A stretch of DNA of 64,000 nt from an uncultured Candidatus Peribacteria bacterium (GCA_964603635.1 CAZRVH010000001.1:51386-115385), one strand, 5' to 3'. Positions 26,097-35,379 are shown, counted from the stretch's first letter. Numbers and translations are program-made. Notes: generated by a model from the sequence alone, not told the origin.

Positions 26097-27983
26097 TTAG
26101 GAAAGCTCGGTAGCCGTTTCGATCTCGGCAGGTCCTCCGGATACCACTGCCTTGATGCGGCGCACGCCTGCTGAGCTGCTTTCTTCTTTCTGGATCTTGA
26201 AGCTGCCGAGCATCCCCGTGCGCGCCACATGCGGACCGCCGCAGATCTCCTTGCTGAACACGGGGCCGTCGCCGACCTTTCCCGTGCCCGCGACCTTCGC
26301 GGACGCATCGCCCATTACGTACACCTTCACGTCCGCTGAGCCTGTGCTGAGCGCAGCCGAAGCATAGCGCTCGTCGAACACGCCGATCGCCCCTTCTTCT
26401 TTCGCGCCTTCCACCGTCGACAAGTGATAGCTCACGGGGAGGTCCGCCTTGATCGCCTCGTTCACCAGGTCTTCCGTTTCCTTGATCTGCTCCGGCGTCA
26501 TCTTGTCCGTATGGTTGAAGTCGAAACGCAAACGCTCGGAGGTGATGTTACTTCCTTTTTGCCCGATGTGGTTTCCCAGCACACGGTGCAACGCGGCGTT
26601 GAGCAGGTGCGTGGCGGTGTGCAGCTTGGTCGTTTCCGCGGAGTTGTCCGCGAGTCCGCCTTTGAACTTCTGCTCGGCTCCCGCGCGGCTCTTCGCCTGG
26701 TGTTCCTCGAACGCTTTCTTGAATCCTTCTTCATCCACTTCATAATGTTGTTCCGCTGCCAATTCTTTTGTTAATTCAATCGGGAAACCATATGTGTCGT
26801 ACAGATGGAACGCATCTTGTCCGCTCATTCTTTTATTAGAGAAGCCTGTGGCTAGCATTTTTTCAAACTGCTTCATTCCCTCCTGAAGAGTTTGTACAAA
26901 CTGATTTTCTTCTTTTTTCAAAGTATTTTCGATGTCGGTTTTCCTGAAGGTAAGCTGCGGATAAGCTTCTGCATAACTGCTCATCACCAAGAAAGAAACG
27001 GTGTAAATGAAAGTATCGGAATTAATTCCTAGCGTTCTCATAGAGCGAATTGCACGCCTGATAAGTCTGCGCAAAACATATCCTTGATCAACGTTGGAGG
27101 GATGTACGCCGTCGGCAATCATGAATACCGCAGCTCTCAAGTGATCCGTAATAATTCGCGCATGACGCATTGTTTCAGCGTCTTTCTTTTGGGCATTTTG
27201 CATCACCATTTCAACGATTGATTTCAGAGGTTCCACATCGTACACATTGCTTGCCCCTTGCAGCACCGCGGCCACGCGTTCCAGTCCCATGCCGGTGTCG
27301 ACATTCTTCTGCGCGAGGGGCTCGAACGTACCGTCTTCCTTCTTGTTGTACTGCATGAACACGTCGTTCCAGATTTCCATCCAGTTCGGATCGTCGTTCG
27401 CGGGGTTGCTGCGCGGAGGCGGCAATTCCGACGGGCCGACCCAGTAGAACATTTCCGTATCCGGTCCGCAGGGCCCCGTCTGTCCGGCGGGTCCCCACCA
27501 GTTCTTCGCCTTGGGCAAAAACCCGATGCGTTCGCGCGGCACGCCCAGGCTCTCCCACACCGCGGCGGATTCCTCGTCCCTCGGCGCATCCGCGTCTCCT
27601 TCGAAACACGTCACCGCGAATTTCTCCAGCGGGATCTCCAATACCTTGATGAGGAACTCGAAGCTGAATTCGATCGCTTCCTTCTTGAAGTAATCGCCCA
27701 GCGACCAGTTGCCGAGCATCTCGAACATCGTGAGGTGCGTGGAGTCTCCCACTTCGTCGATGTCCCCCGTGCGCACGCAGCGCTGGACGTCCGCGAGGCG
27801 CGTGCCCTGCGGGTGCTTCTCGCCCATGAGATAGGGGACGAGCGGGTGCATCCCCGCCGTCGTGAAGAGCACGGTCGGGTCGTTCTCCGGCACCAGCGGC
27901 GCACCCGGGATGATCGCGTGGCCCTTCGACTGGAAGAAGTCGAGGTAGGATTGGCGGAGTTGGTCCGTGGTGAGGTTTTTCAT
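26097..27983 (-). CDS. alaS: alanine--tRNA ligase (short form, no C-Ala domain)
   Basis: 'LFTTAGMHPLVPY', 'FEMLGNWSLGDYFK', and editing-domain motifs 'HTATHLL' and 'CGGPHV'. The protein ends shortly after 'GVRRIKAVV' at 628 aa. Confidence 0.95.
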   Translation of the reverse strand: MKNLTTDQLRQSYLDFFQSKGHAIIPGAPLVPENDPTVLFTTAGMHPLVPYLMGEKHPQGTRLADVQRCVRTGDIDEVGDSTHLTMFEMLGNWSLGDYFKKEAIEFSFEFLIKVLEIPLEKFAVTCFEGDADAPRDEESAAVWESLGVPRERIGFLPKAKNWWGPAGQTGPCGPDTEMFYWVGPSELPPPRSNPANDDPNWMEIWNDVFMQYNKKEDGTFEPLAQKNVDTGMGLERVAAVLQGASNVYDVEPLKSIVEMVMQNAQKKDAETMRHARIITDHLRAAVFMIADGVHPSNVDQGYVLRRLIRRAIRSMRTLGINSDTFIYTVSFLVMSSYAEAYPQLTFRKTDIENTLKKEENQFVQTLQEGMKQFEKMLATGFSNKRMSGQDAFHLYDTYGFPIELTKELAAEQHYEVDEEGFKKAFEEHQAKSRAGAEQKFKGGLADNSAETTKLHTATHLLNAALHRVLGNHIGQKGSNITSERLRFDFNHTDKMTPEQIKETEDLVNEAIKADLPVSYHLSTVEGAKEEGAIGVFDERYASAALSTGSADVKVYVMGDASAKVAGTGKVGDGPVFSKEICGGPHVARTGMLGSFKIQKEESSSAGVRRIKAVVSGGPAEIETATELS

Positions 27984-28095
27984 GGGGAATGCAAGGAAGT
28001 AGCCCGCAGGATAGCAGGATCCAAACGGTGATGCGAGAATGGCTTTCCAGCCGTGAAAAAAGGCCTTTCCAAGGCGTGCAAGGAGCGCTCTTTTC

Positions 28096-28104
28096 TGCTA
28101 TAAT
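28096..28104 (+). promoter_or_regulatory. extended -10 promoter element (TGCTATAAT)
   Basis: TGCTATAAT lies 14 nt upstream of the ATG at 28119. Confidence 0.5.
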
Positions 28105-28118
28105 GAAAGGAAACAAAC

Positions 28119-29549
28119 ATGAACGCGAAAAACATGATCAGCGGCATCTGGAAGCGGATCCGATTCATCTTGGTTCCCATCGTCGTGCTCGCCGCCGCCG
28201 CCGCGCTCGGTTTGTATTTTTTCACGCGCGGCCAGGCGATCATGCGCCAGGAACTGAAGGGTCACTTGCGCACCACGGCGACCATCGCGACCCTGTCGAT
28301 CGATCCCGCGCTCGTCGCGGCCGTCCGTGACGAGCGGGACATGGGCGGGGACGCTTTCCGCAAGCTCTTGGCCCAGGTCCAGGCCGTGCGCCTCGGCGAC
28401 GACAAGATCCTCTACGCCTACGTGATGCGCAAAACGGACGATCCCGCCGCGCTCGCGTTCGTCGTGGATGCGGACAGCGCCCTCACGCGCGCGCAATTGG
28501 ATCGGGACGGCAACGGCATCGTCGACGAAGACGAAGAGCCCGCGGTTCCCGGCGAACGCTACAAAGTGGCAGGGGATGCATTCTCCGTGCTGCGCATCGA
28601 TGCGTTCCGCGAGCCGTCGGTGGATATCGAAATCACGCAGGACAAGTGGGGAAGGTACATCTCCGGGTACGCGCCCGTCCGCGACGCCCGGGGATCGGTC
28701 ATCGCCATCCTTGGCATCGACATGGATGCCGCGGAATTCATCGCCGCGTCGCAGGGTATTTTCTCGCCCATCGCGGTGCTGCTCGTGATGCTCTCGGCCA
28801 TCGTGCTCGCATCGTATATCTATTACATGTGGCATAGGCGCAATTACGAAACGCGCCTGCAGCTCGAAAGCGAACGCACGGCCCTGCTGGATCTCGCCAC
28901 GCACCAGCTCGGCATGCCGCTGGCGACGTTCAAATGGTGGCTGGAGATCCTGCGTGACAAGGACGGCGGGAAGTTCTGCGACAAGAACGGCGTGTGCGAC
29001 GAGATGCAGCACGGCATCGACCGCATGGACATGATCATCAAGTCCCTGCATGACGCGAACCACCTGTCGAAAGGCACCATGGATTACCGCTCCGAATCCG
29101 CCTCGCTGTCCCAAGTGATCCGCGAATCGGTCGAGGGCATGAAGCCGGATCTTGCCAAGCGGAACCAGGTGATTTCCTTCGAGGATGAAGGAGGCCTTCC
29201 TCAACTGCATATCGATCCCAAACTGATCGGCGGCGTCATCTCGGAACTCATCGAGAACGCGCGCATGTACTCGCCTGAGGGCGCGCGCATCGACATCCGC
29301 CTGTCCAGGAAAAGGAACGCGGCCGTCATCGACGTCATCGACACGGGTTACGGCATCGCCCCGGACGAGGTCGCTGCCGTCTTCGAGAAATTCAAGCGCG
29401 GCCGCGACGCCATGAAGCGCAAGCCCGTGGGCAACGGACTCGGCCTGTACATCGCGAAGGGCATCGTCGAGCATGCGGGCGGCACTATCATGCTGAAGAG
29501 CAAACTCGGACAAGGAACGCATATCCGCATCACGCTCCCGCTGCCATGA
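28119..29549 (+). CDS. sensor histidine kinase with extracytoplasmic Cache-like domain
   Basis: TM1, a periplasmic domain ('ILYAYVMRK..LAFVVDADS..WGRYISGYAPVRD..GSVIAILGIDMD') and TM2. H-box 'ATHQLGMPL', N-box 'ELIENARMYS', G-boxes 'DTGYGI' and 'GNGLGLYIAKGIVE'. Confidence 0.9.
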   Translation: MNAKNMISGIWKRIRFILVPIVVLAAAAALGLYFFTRGQAIMRQELKGHLRTTATIATLSIDPALVAAVRDERDMGGDAFRKLLAQVQAVRLGDDKILYAYVMRKTDDPAALAFVVDADSALTRAQLDRDGNGIVDEDEEPAVPGERYKVAGDAFSVLRIDAFREPSVDIEITQDKWGRYISGYAPVRDARGSVIAILGIDMDAAEFIAASQGIFSPIAVLLVMLSAIVLASYIYYMWHRRNYETRLQLESERTALLDLATHQLGMPLATFKWWLEILRDKDGGKFCDKNGVCDEMQHGIDRMDMIIKSLHDANHLSKGTMDYRSESASLSQVIRESVEGMKPDLAKRNQVISFEDEGGLPQLHIDPKLIGGVISELIENARMYSPEGARIDIRLSRKRNAAVIDVIDTGYGIAPDEVAAVFEKFKRGRDAMKRKPVGNGLGLYIAKGIVEHAGGTIMLKSKLGQGTHIRITLPLP

Positions 29550-31006
29550 TGATGAAAACCCGCGATACCTGGCTGGGATACTTCTTCTCGTCCGTCACGA
29601 GGGGCGAGCGCCTGCGCATTTTCCTGGCGCCGTTCGTCGTCGTGACGGGTGCGGTGCTGATGGGGTACCTCCTCTTCGCCCGCAGCGAGGAGCTCATGAA
29701 GAACCAGCTGCGCGAACACCTGCGCGTCACCGCCGCCGTCGGCGCGTTGCATATCGATCCCGCCCTCGTGGCGCAGGTCCGTGGCGCGGACGATACCGAT
29801 TCTCCCGCCTTCCGGCGCCTCCTGAAGCAGGTGCAGGCCGTCCGTGCGCAAGACCCGCTCATCCTCTACGCGTACGTCATGCGCAAGACGCAGGATCCGG
29901 ATACCCTCGCCTTCGTTGTAGACGCGGATAGCGCGCTTACCGCGGCGCAGTTGGATGAAAACGAAAGCGGTACGGTGGACGATGACGAGGCGCCCGGATT
30001 GCCCGGCGAGGAATATGACGTAAGCGACGATTCCTTCCTGCCTCTCCGCACGGATGGCTTCTCCAAGCCCGTGACGGACGAGGAAATCACCGAAGATCGT
30101 TGGGGAAGCTACATCTCGGGTTATGCCCCCGTCTTCGACGCCGACGGCAAGGCCGTGGCCATTTTGGGCATCGACATGGACGCCGGCAACTTCTTCCGCC
30201 TGTCGCGCAGCGTCATCTCGCCGTTCATCCTCCTGCTGGTCATCCTCTCCGGATTCATCGTCGCGGGATACTTGCTCTACATGTGGAACGCGCACAACGT
30301 CGAAGCCCTGAAGAAGATCGATAAGGAGCGCTCCGGTCTCCTGCAGCTGACGTTCCATCAGCTGGGCGAGCCGATCACCATCATGCAGTGGTCCTTGGAA
30401 ACTCTCAGCGATAACCTGACGTTGCAGCAATTGGAGCACGTCGTTCCCGAGCACATCGCCACCATGAACGAAGGGCTGCGCCGCCTGAACGGCATCATCG
30501 ACACGCTGCAGTTCGCGGAGAAGATCGATCTCCGCTCCATCGAATTCAACATCGCGCCTACGGACCTTCCGTCCGTGCTGAAGGACGTCTCTTTGAAATA
30601 CAAGACGATCCTGGAGGCATCGCAACAGCAGTTATCCATCCGTTGCGACGAAGGGGTCAAGGTGCTGGCCGACAGGGAATACCTGCGCGTGCTTCTGTCC
30701 GAGGTGATCGGCAACGCCATCGCGTACTCCACCAAGGCCTGCACGGTCGACGTGCGCGTGCATCCCGTCCACCGCATCATCCATATCGATATCCAGGACC
30801 ACGGTTGCGGCATCCCGACCGCCGACATGCCCCGCCTGTTCGAGAAATACATGCGCGGCAAGAACGCGCACCTCCGCAAGCCGGACGGCAACGGCCTCGG
30901 CCTCTACATTTGCAAAGGCATCGCGGACGGCATGAACGGCACCATCGCGGTGGAAAGCATCGAGGACGTGGGCACGAAGGTGAGCATCACGCTGCCGATG
31001 GCATAA
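29546..31006 (+). CDS. sensor histidine kinase (tandem paralog of 28119-29549)
   Basis: Same architecture: 'ILYAYVMRK..LAFVVDADS..WGSYISGYAPVFD..GKAVAILGIDMD', H-box 'TFHQLGEPI' and 'GNGLGLYICKGIAD'. The start overlaps the upstream stop. Confidence 0.9.
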   Translation: MMMKTRDTWLGYFFSSVTRGERLRIFLAPFVVVTGAVLMGYLLFARSEELMKNQLREHLRVTAAVGALHIDPALVAQVRGADDTDSPAFRRLLKQVQAVRAQDPLILYAYVMRKTQDPDTLAFVVDADSALTAAQLDENESGTVDDDEAPGLPGEEYDVSDDSFLPLRTDGFSKPVTDEEITEDRWGSYISGYAPVFDADGKAVAILGIDMDAGNFFRLSRSVISPFILLLVILSGFIVAGYLLYMWNAHNVEALKKIDKERSGLLQLTFHQLGEPITIMQWSLETLSDNLTLQQLEHVVPEHIATMNEGLRRLNGIIDTLQFAEKIDLRSIEFNIAPTDLPSVLKDVSLKYKTILEASQQQLSIRCDEGVKVLADREYLRVLLSEVIGNAIAYSTKACTVDVRVHPVHRIIHIDIQDHGCGIPTADMPRLFEKYMRGKNAHLRKPDGNGLGLYICKGIADGMNGTIAVESIEDVGTKVSITLPMA

Positions 31007-31249
31007 TTCGCTTGGAAAATCCGTGCAATGGGAGGGGATTGGCGCTATACTTTCCTTGTGTTCGTTTACACCAATGGCTCTCTCGAAGAGCAAAAAATGT
31101 ATTCAGATATTTAGCCTTCCATTAGGGATAAAAGACTATTGTTCGCCTTCGTCCGGCTGCACTGTGTTACGCCGGGAATACGGCGGGACAATGGATCTTC
31201 GGCTTCACCCGGCGTCCTTCGGACTTGGGTTCAGCTCGAATTCACCATT

Positions 31250-31658
31250 GGGGATGACAGGTTTCGACAGCGTGAATACGTTGGATGCTTTGCTTCGATC
31301 CGGGATGGCAACGGTTCCCGATACCCACTTGTTGCAACCATAGATGCAAAAACATCTGTACGCACGCTCGGCGCACGCTTCCAGTCTGCTCTCGCGAGCA
31401 TGACCCCGGCATACGCTTTCGCTGCTTAAGTTTCCCTTTACCGGAAACGCGTCTTACCCTCGATCCTCGCTGAAGGGATAAGGCGTCACTAGCGAGGTTG
31501 GCCTCCGACTGATGTGACGGTCCGCCCGAATTCAGCATCAATCCTCACTCCCTTTCTTTGTTCCTATCTTAGGGGATGCGTTGTAACGAAAGGTTCATGA
31601 TCGTACGGGCAGCATTCATCCACGTTGGACCCGGGTTCGACTCCCGGCATCTCCACCA
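31250..31658 (+). ncRNA. ssrA: tmRNA (transfer-messenger RNA)
   Basis: 5' 'GGGGATGACAGGTTTCGACAGCG'. 3' tRNA-like end 'GGACCCGGGTTCGACTCCCGGCATCTCCACCA'; acceptor GGGGATG pairs with CATCTCC. The internal tag ORF from GCA 31346 ends '...MTPAYAFAA' plus TAA (31427-31429). Confidence 0.92.
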
Positions 31659-31659
31659 C
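31645..31659 (+). repeat. att-like direct repeat, copy 1 (3' end of ssrA)
   Basis: CGGCATCTCCACCAC is identical to 33111-33125. Confidence 0.75.
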
Positions 31660-31867
31660 ACTTCGCTCCCTGATGGGAGCTTCGCGTGGTGAACCATATC
31701 GCCACAATCATGATGCACACTGCGAAGTGTGCCCCGCAGAGCTGCGAGAGCAGCGGCGTGGGGCAGGTTCTACCACTGTAAAGAACGCATTTTTATGTGC
31801 ACCGAAGCCAAAAATCGATTCCCTTTCATAGGGATGATATTTTTCGTCATGCAGATCGAAGAAAGAC

Positions 31868-32119
31868 ATGCATACTTTCAGAATGTTTTACGTTTATATT
31901 CTGTCGCTTGAAAATGGTCAGTTTTATATCGGCTTCACTCGGGATTTGAAAAGAAGATTAGGAAAACACAGTCACGGTGAGGTGCGTACTACCGCGAAAA
32001 TGCCGCCGAGAGAGCTGGTTTTTTATGCTGCGTTTACATCAGAAACAAAAGCCTTTGAATTTGAGCGTTATTTAAAAACATCATCAGGTTTCGCCTTTCG
32101 GAATAAGAGGCTTATTTGA
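31868..32119 (+). CDS. GIY-YIG nuclease family protein (UPF0213-like)
   Basis: 'FYVYILSLENGQFYIGFTRDLKRRLGKH' and 'FEFERYLKTSSG' fit the small GIY-YIG family. Confidence 0.8.
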   Translation: MHTFRMFYVYILSLENGQFYIGFTRDLKRRLGKHSHGEVRTTAKMPPRELVFYAAFTSETKAFEFERYLKTSSGFAFRNKRLI

Positions 32120-32202
32120 TATTCTACTCAAATCGGATCCTTTCCACCATTGATTCCATAACTGATGTGAATATTTGTGTCATAATATGATAACCTACCT
32201 TT

Positions 32203-33075
32203 ATGGATGCTAAAAATTCGAAGATAAAGGCGGTTGGATACACGCTCAGTTGCATCGTACTGTGGGCGTTTATTCCTGTTGTCTCAAAATTCGGACAAAG
32301 CACGTTGGATAACGTCCAATTTCTTTTTTGGTCGAGCGCACTGTCATTGGTGGTTGTATTTTTGGCGGCTGTTTTTGCAGGAAAAATTTCTACGATGAAA
32401 GAGTATTCACCGAAGCGAATACTCAATGCTCTTTTCCTGGGTTTCTTAGGGGCCTTCCTGTATTACCTTTTGCTGTATTACGGCTATGCCCACGCTCAGG
32501 GGCTAGAGGTTCTGGCTTTGCAATATACGTGGCCTATATTCATCGTACTTTTCTCGACCATATTCCTTAAAGAACGTCCGACCACGCGAACCATTATCGC
32601 ACTCGTCTTGGGATTCTTGGGGGTTGTCATCGTCCTTACCAAGGGGCGATTCCAAGCATTGGAGTTCGGCAGCCTTGGAGCCGATGTCATTGTCCTGATT
32701 GCAGCGAGTGTCTTCGGGCTCTTTTCTGTGTTAAGCAAAAAATCCAAGAACGAAGCATTCAGTGCCACGGTATACTTTTTCATCTCAGCCACCGCCTTCT
32801 CGGCGCTTACGATGTTTCTGACATCGCATTTTGCCATTCCCCAAGGCACGGCATGGTTGCCGATAGTTATTAACGGTGCACTTATCAACGGGCTTTCCTA
32901 TGTATTATGGCTTCAGGCATTGAAGTATGGAGATGCTTCTTTTGTCGCACCCTTTGTCTTCCTTACCCCTGTAGTTGCCGCACTCCTTATTGTCTTGTTC
33001 TTCCGCGAGCCTCTTTTACCTGCATACATATTCGGTTTGTTGGCTGTTGTCCTGGGTGGTGTCATAGCGAAATAA
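32203..33075 (+). CDS. EamA/DMT family transporter
   Basis: 290 aa with ~10 TM helices in two EamA-like halves ('LWAFIPVVSKF', 'NGLSYVLWLQALKYGDASFVAPFVFLTPVVAALL'). Confidence 0.85.
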   Translation: MDAKNSKIKAVGYTLSCIVLWAFIPVVSKFGQSTLDNVQFLFWSSALSLVVVFLAAVFAGKISTMKEYSPKRILNALFLGFLGAFLYYLLLYYGYAHAQGLEVLALQYTWPIFIVLFSTIFLKERPTTRTIIALVLGFLGVVIVLTKGRFQALEFGSLGADVIVLIAASVFGLFSVLSKKSKNEAFSATVYFFISATAFSALTMFLTSHFAIPQGTAWLPIVINGALINGLSYVLWLQALKYGDASFVAPFVFLTPVVAALLIVLFFREPLLPAYIFGLLAVVLGGVIAK

Positions 33076-33110
33076 AAACCATTCCAGGCTTGTAAGATAG
33101 TAGTCAGTTA

Positions 33111-33125
33111 CGGCATCTCCACCAC
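33111..33125 (+). repeat. att-like direct repeat, copy 2
   Basis: CGGCATCTCCACCAC is identical to the ssrA 3' end at 31645-31659. It lies in the intergenic spacer after the EamA gene. Confidence 0.75.
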
Positions 33126-33198
33126 TGATTTCATAACAGCTTACCAGGCCAGACACATGCGTTGTTCGTTATACGCGTTCCCGATACAATACTGAAGT

Positions 33199-33594
33199 AT
33201 GAAATTTATTCTTCTTAGCACATTCGCGTACTGTCTTGTGACGTTTCCCTATGCCGTCGTTTGGCATATGGTTATTTTTAAACCCCTCTATCAAAAGTGG
33301 GAGTATTTTGGTGGCAATCCCAAGCCGCAGCTGGGACTTCTGTCGATGGTGGTTCAGGGTGTTGTGCTTTCGACAGGATTGTCTTTGCTGCCCCAATATC
33401 AGTCGTCACTTTCGGCCATCATGGTCTACATGCTTCTCTGCGGAATATTTCTGTGGAGTTCCCACGTCATAGCGGCGATGGCGAAACACGCAGAGTCTCG
33501 AAGCGTCTCTTTTCTGGCTCTGGAGACGGTGTATCTGTTCTTGCAGTTCCTGCTCTTTGGTCTTTGTACCTACGGTATAGTTCGTTTTTTATAA
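33199..33594 (+). CDS. hypothetical 4-TM membrane protein
   Basis: 131-aa ORF with four hydrophobic segments. No recognisable family motif. Confidence 0.5.
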   Translation: MKFILLSTFAYCLVTFPYAVVWHMVIFKPLYQKWEYFGGNPKPQLGLLSMVVQGVVLSTGLSLLPQYQSSLSAIMVYMLLCGIFLWSSHVIAAMAKHAESRSVSFLALETVYLFLQFLLFGLCTYGIVRFL

Positions 33595-33612
33595 GATAAC
33601 CACCTAAAGCCT

Positions 33613-33798
33613 ATGAAAACCCTTACATGCGATCTCTGTGATGCAACGGCAGAAGGAGAAACGTTCGAAGCGTGGATGATGAATCTCATGCCCCACTACA
33701 TGCAGGCTCATCCCGAGGTCATGAACGATTCCGCCCATACCGAAGAGGATAAGCAGAAGTGGATGGCTGACAATAAGGCGAGGTTCGATGCTGCCTGA
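33613..33798 (+). CDS. small DUF1059-like protein
   Basis: 61 aa. 'MKTLTCDLCDATAEGETFEAWMMNLMPHYMQAHPEVM' resembles the DUF1059 pattern (MK..C.D.. ... H...H). Confidence 0.45.
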   Translation: MKTLTCDLCDATAEGETFEAWMMNLMPHYMQAHPEVMNDSAHTEEDKQKWMADNKARFDAA

Positions 33799-33907
33799 GC
33801 TTCATAAGTAGTAATCGAAGCGTTACAAGATATGTATGTAGTAGCCAATCGCCGCATTTTTTCCGCTTTCATTTCAAAAAATTCGGGAGGCCTCTACAAT
33901 CAAGCAT

Positions 33908-34324
33908 ATGACCACCCTCAACCCCTACATCAACTTCAACGGGAATGCCGAAGAGGCGTTTACCTTCTACCAGTCCGTCTTCGGCGGGGAGTTCGGCAAG
34001 GTCATCCGCTTCAAGGACCTGCCCGGTTTTCCGGCCGACAATGCGAATGCGGAGAAGATCATGCAGATCACGCTTCCCATCGGTCCCACGGTCCTCATGG
34101 CCAACGATGTCCCCGCGGAAATGGGGCCGGTGAACGAGAACGAGAACCGGTCGAAGATCACCGTGTACGCCGACAACAAGGAGGAAGCCGAAAGGATCTT
34201 CAATGGCCTGTCCGCCGGAGGCACGGTAGAAATGCCGATGGACGAAAGCCCCTGGGGTACCTACGCCGCGATGTTTCGCGATAAGTACGGCATCGAGTGG
34301 ATGATCGAAGCTCCTAAGATATAA
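33908..34324 (+). CDS. VOC / PhnB-like family protein
   Basis: 'LNPYINFNGNAEEAFTFYQSVFGGEF' and 'SPWGTYAAMFRDKYGIEWMI' match the single-domain glyoxalase-like/PhnB pattern. Confidence 0.8.
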   Translation: MTTLNPYINFNGNAEEAFTFYQSVFGGEFGKVIRFKDLPGFPADNANAEKIMQITLPIGPTVLMANDVPAEMGPVNENENRSKITVYADNKEEAERIFNGLSAGGTVEMPMDESPWGTYAAMFRDKYGIEWMIEAPKI

Positions 34325-34404
34325 GTAGCGTTCGCCTCTTGCTTCTTCGGTTTCAACCGTGACTGCGACAACCGTTCGGCCGCGCGCCTTTGTTTTTCCA
34401 CGCA

Positions 34405-34439
34405 AGAAAAACCCCTTACCGACCGATGTCGATAAGGGG
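34405..34439 (-). terminator. rho-independent terminator after 34450-35379
   Basis: Stem CCCCTTA/TAAGGGG (34412-18 / 34433-39) with inner CGAC/GTCG pairs. On the minus strand the hairpin is followed by TTTTT. Confidence 0.65.
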
Positions 34440-34449
34440 CGTGGGTCCG

Positions 34450-35379
34450 CTAGAGCGTAAGCACACCTTGTTTTTCCAGGTGGTTATACGCCGTTCTATA
34501 GTAGACTTGGGGATTGATTGCCGGTGGCAATCCCTCCCCCAATTCCGGAATCTCGGCACGGATCTCCGCGCCGAACGGTTCCGGTACAACCGGGCCCGCA
34601 TATTTGACGTGTGATAGGGCCTTGCCCATCAGGTACCAATTCACAACGTCTATCATGCCTCCCGTGTCATCAAGCTGGAAAGCCCCGGGCACTACACGCT
34701 GCGAGCCATGCGCGTGGAGGTATCCAAGCCTGCTGCCTGCGCGAAGGATGCTTTCATGCGGTACCTCGCCTCGTTCCAGCATGTGGAACGTGTCCCCGTG
34801 CAGCTTCACGTGCGGCAGCTTGATCCGATCGAGGAGAAGGCATGCCTCCTCGATGCCTCCGATGACCCCTTGGTCCTCGCCTGGACGCAGATACTCGATA
34901 TTCAATTGCAATTTTGCCCCGGAAATATCGTCGGCCATGATTGTCACGAACCGCAGGATGCGTGACCGGATTTCCTCCCGATCCAGATGATCGTACTTCT
35001 TTCCAAGGGCGAATACGCACGGCCCGGTGATGTGCCGGACAGTCAGGCCTGTGTCGCGCAACCCCTCGATGAAGCGGATATCATCTTTCAGCGTTTGGAT
35101 CGCCTGAACGAAAGATTCTCCCGTGCCCAACGGATCGCCGCACGACTCATCACCCGGGAAGAAGCGGCAATAGGATGTTTCTTTGATGCCGCCATCTATC
35201 AGCGCACGCCCGGTGGCGGCTGCCGGCATATTGTTGACGGGATCGCAGGCGAGTTCGAACAGTCCGCAGCCTACTACCATAGCCATCTCTTGCGCCACCT
35301 TTTGCAATTTCGCTTGGTCGCCTATTTTCAGGATTCCAAGGGATGCGAGCCAGTGCGCGCCAAACGTTCGTCGAATCAT
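34450..35379 (-). CDS. sugar phosphate isomerase/epimerase (xylose isomerase-like TIM barrel)
   Basis: 'LNIEYLRPGE', 'VKLHGDTFHMLERGE' and 'LGYLHAHGSQRVVPG' match AP-endonuclease-2/xylose-isomerase-like barrels. The start is set at ATG 35379. Confidence 0.7.
   Translation of the reverse strand: MIRRTFGAHWLASLGILKIGDQAKLQKVAQEMAMVVGCGLFELACDPVNNMPAAATGRALIDGGIKETSYCRFFPGDESCGDPLGTGESFVQAIQTLKDDIRFIEGLRDTGLTVRHITGPCVFALGKKYDHLDREEIRSRILRFVTIMADDISGAKLQLNIEYLRPGEDQGVIGGIEEACLLLDRIKLPHVKLHGDTFHMLERGEVPHESILRAGSRLGYLHAHGSQRVVPGAFQLDDTGGMIDVVNWYLMGKALSHVKYAGPVVPEPFGAEIRAEIPELGEGLPPAINPQVYYRTAYNHLEKQGVLTL

Larger units (their letters stand above)
31660..33125 (+). mobile_element. ssrA-linked integrated islet (no integrase retained)
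   Basis: Bounded by the 15-bp direct repeat of the tmRNA 3' end. A sampled line is ~40% G+C, lower than the ~60% core. It carries a GIY-YIG gene and an EamA transporter. Confidence 0.6.

Noticed and set aside
28098-30625. 474-aa and 425-aa minus-strand ORFs antisense to the two histidine kinases. Similar plus-strand ORFs lie antisense to ileS (57986-59131, 60359-61594) and relA (62538-63665).
   Set aside because: The sense strands carry unambiguous kinase, IleRS and RelA motifs. The antisense products have no motifs and a biased composition.
31573-31658. An 86-nt segment beginning GGGGATG and ending CATCTCCACCA, which could be read as a long-arm tRNA.
   Set aside because: It has no D-arm or anticodon arm. 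A canonical tmRNA 5' end (GGGGATGACAGGTTTCGAC) lies at 31250, with a tag ORF ending AYAFAA in between. The segment is therefore the 3' part of a one-piece tmRNA.
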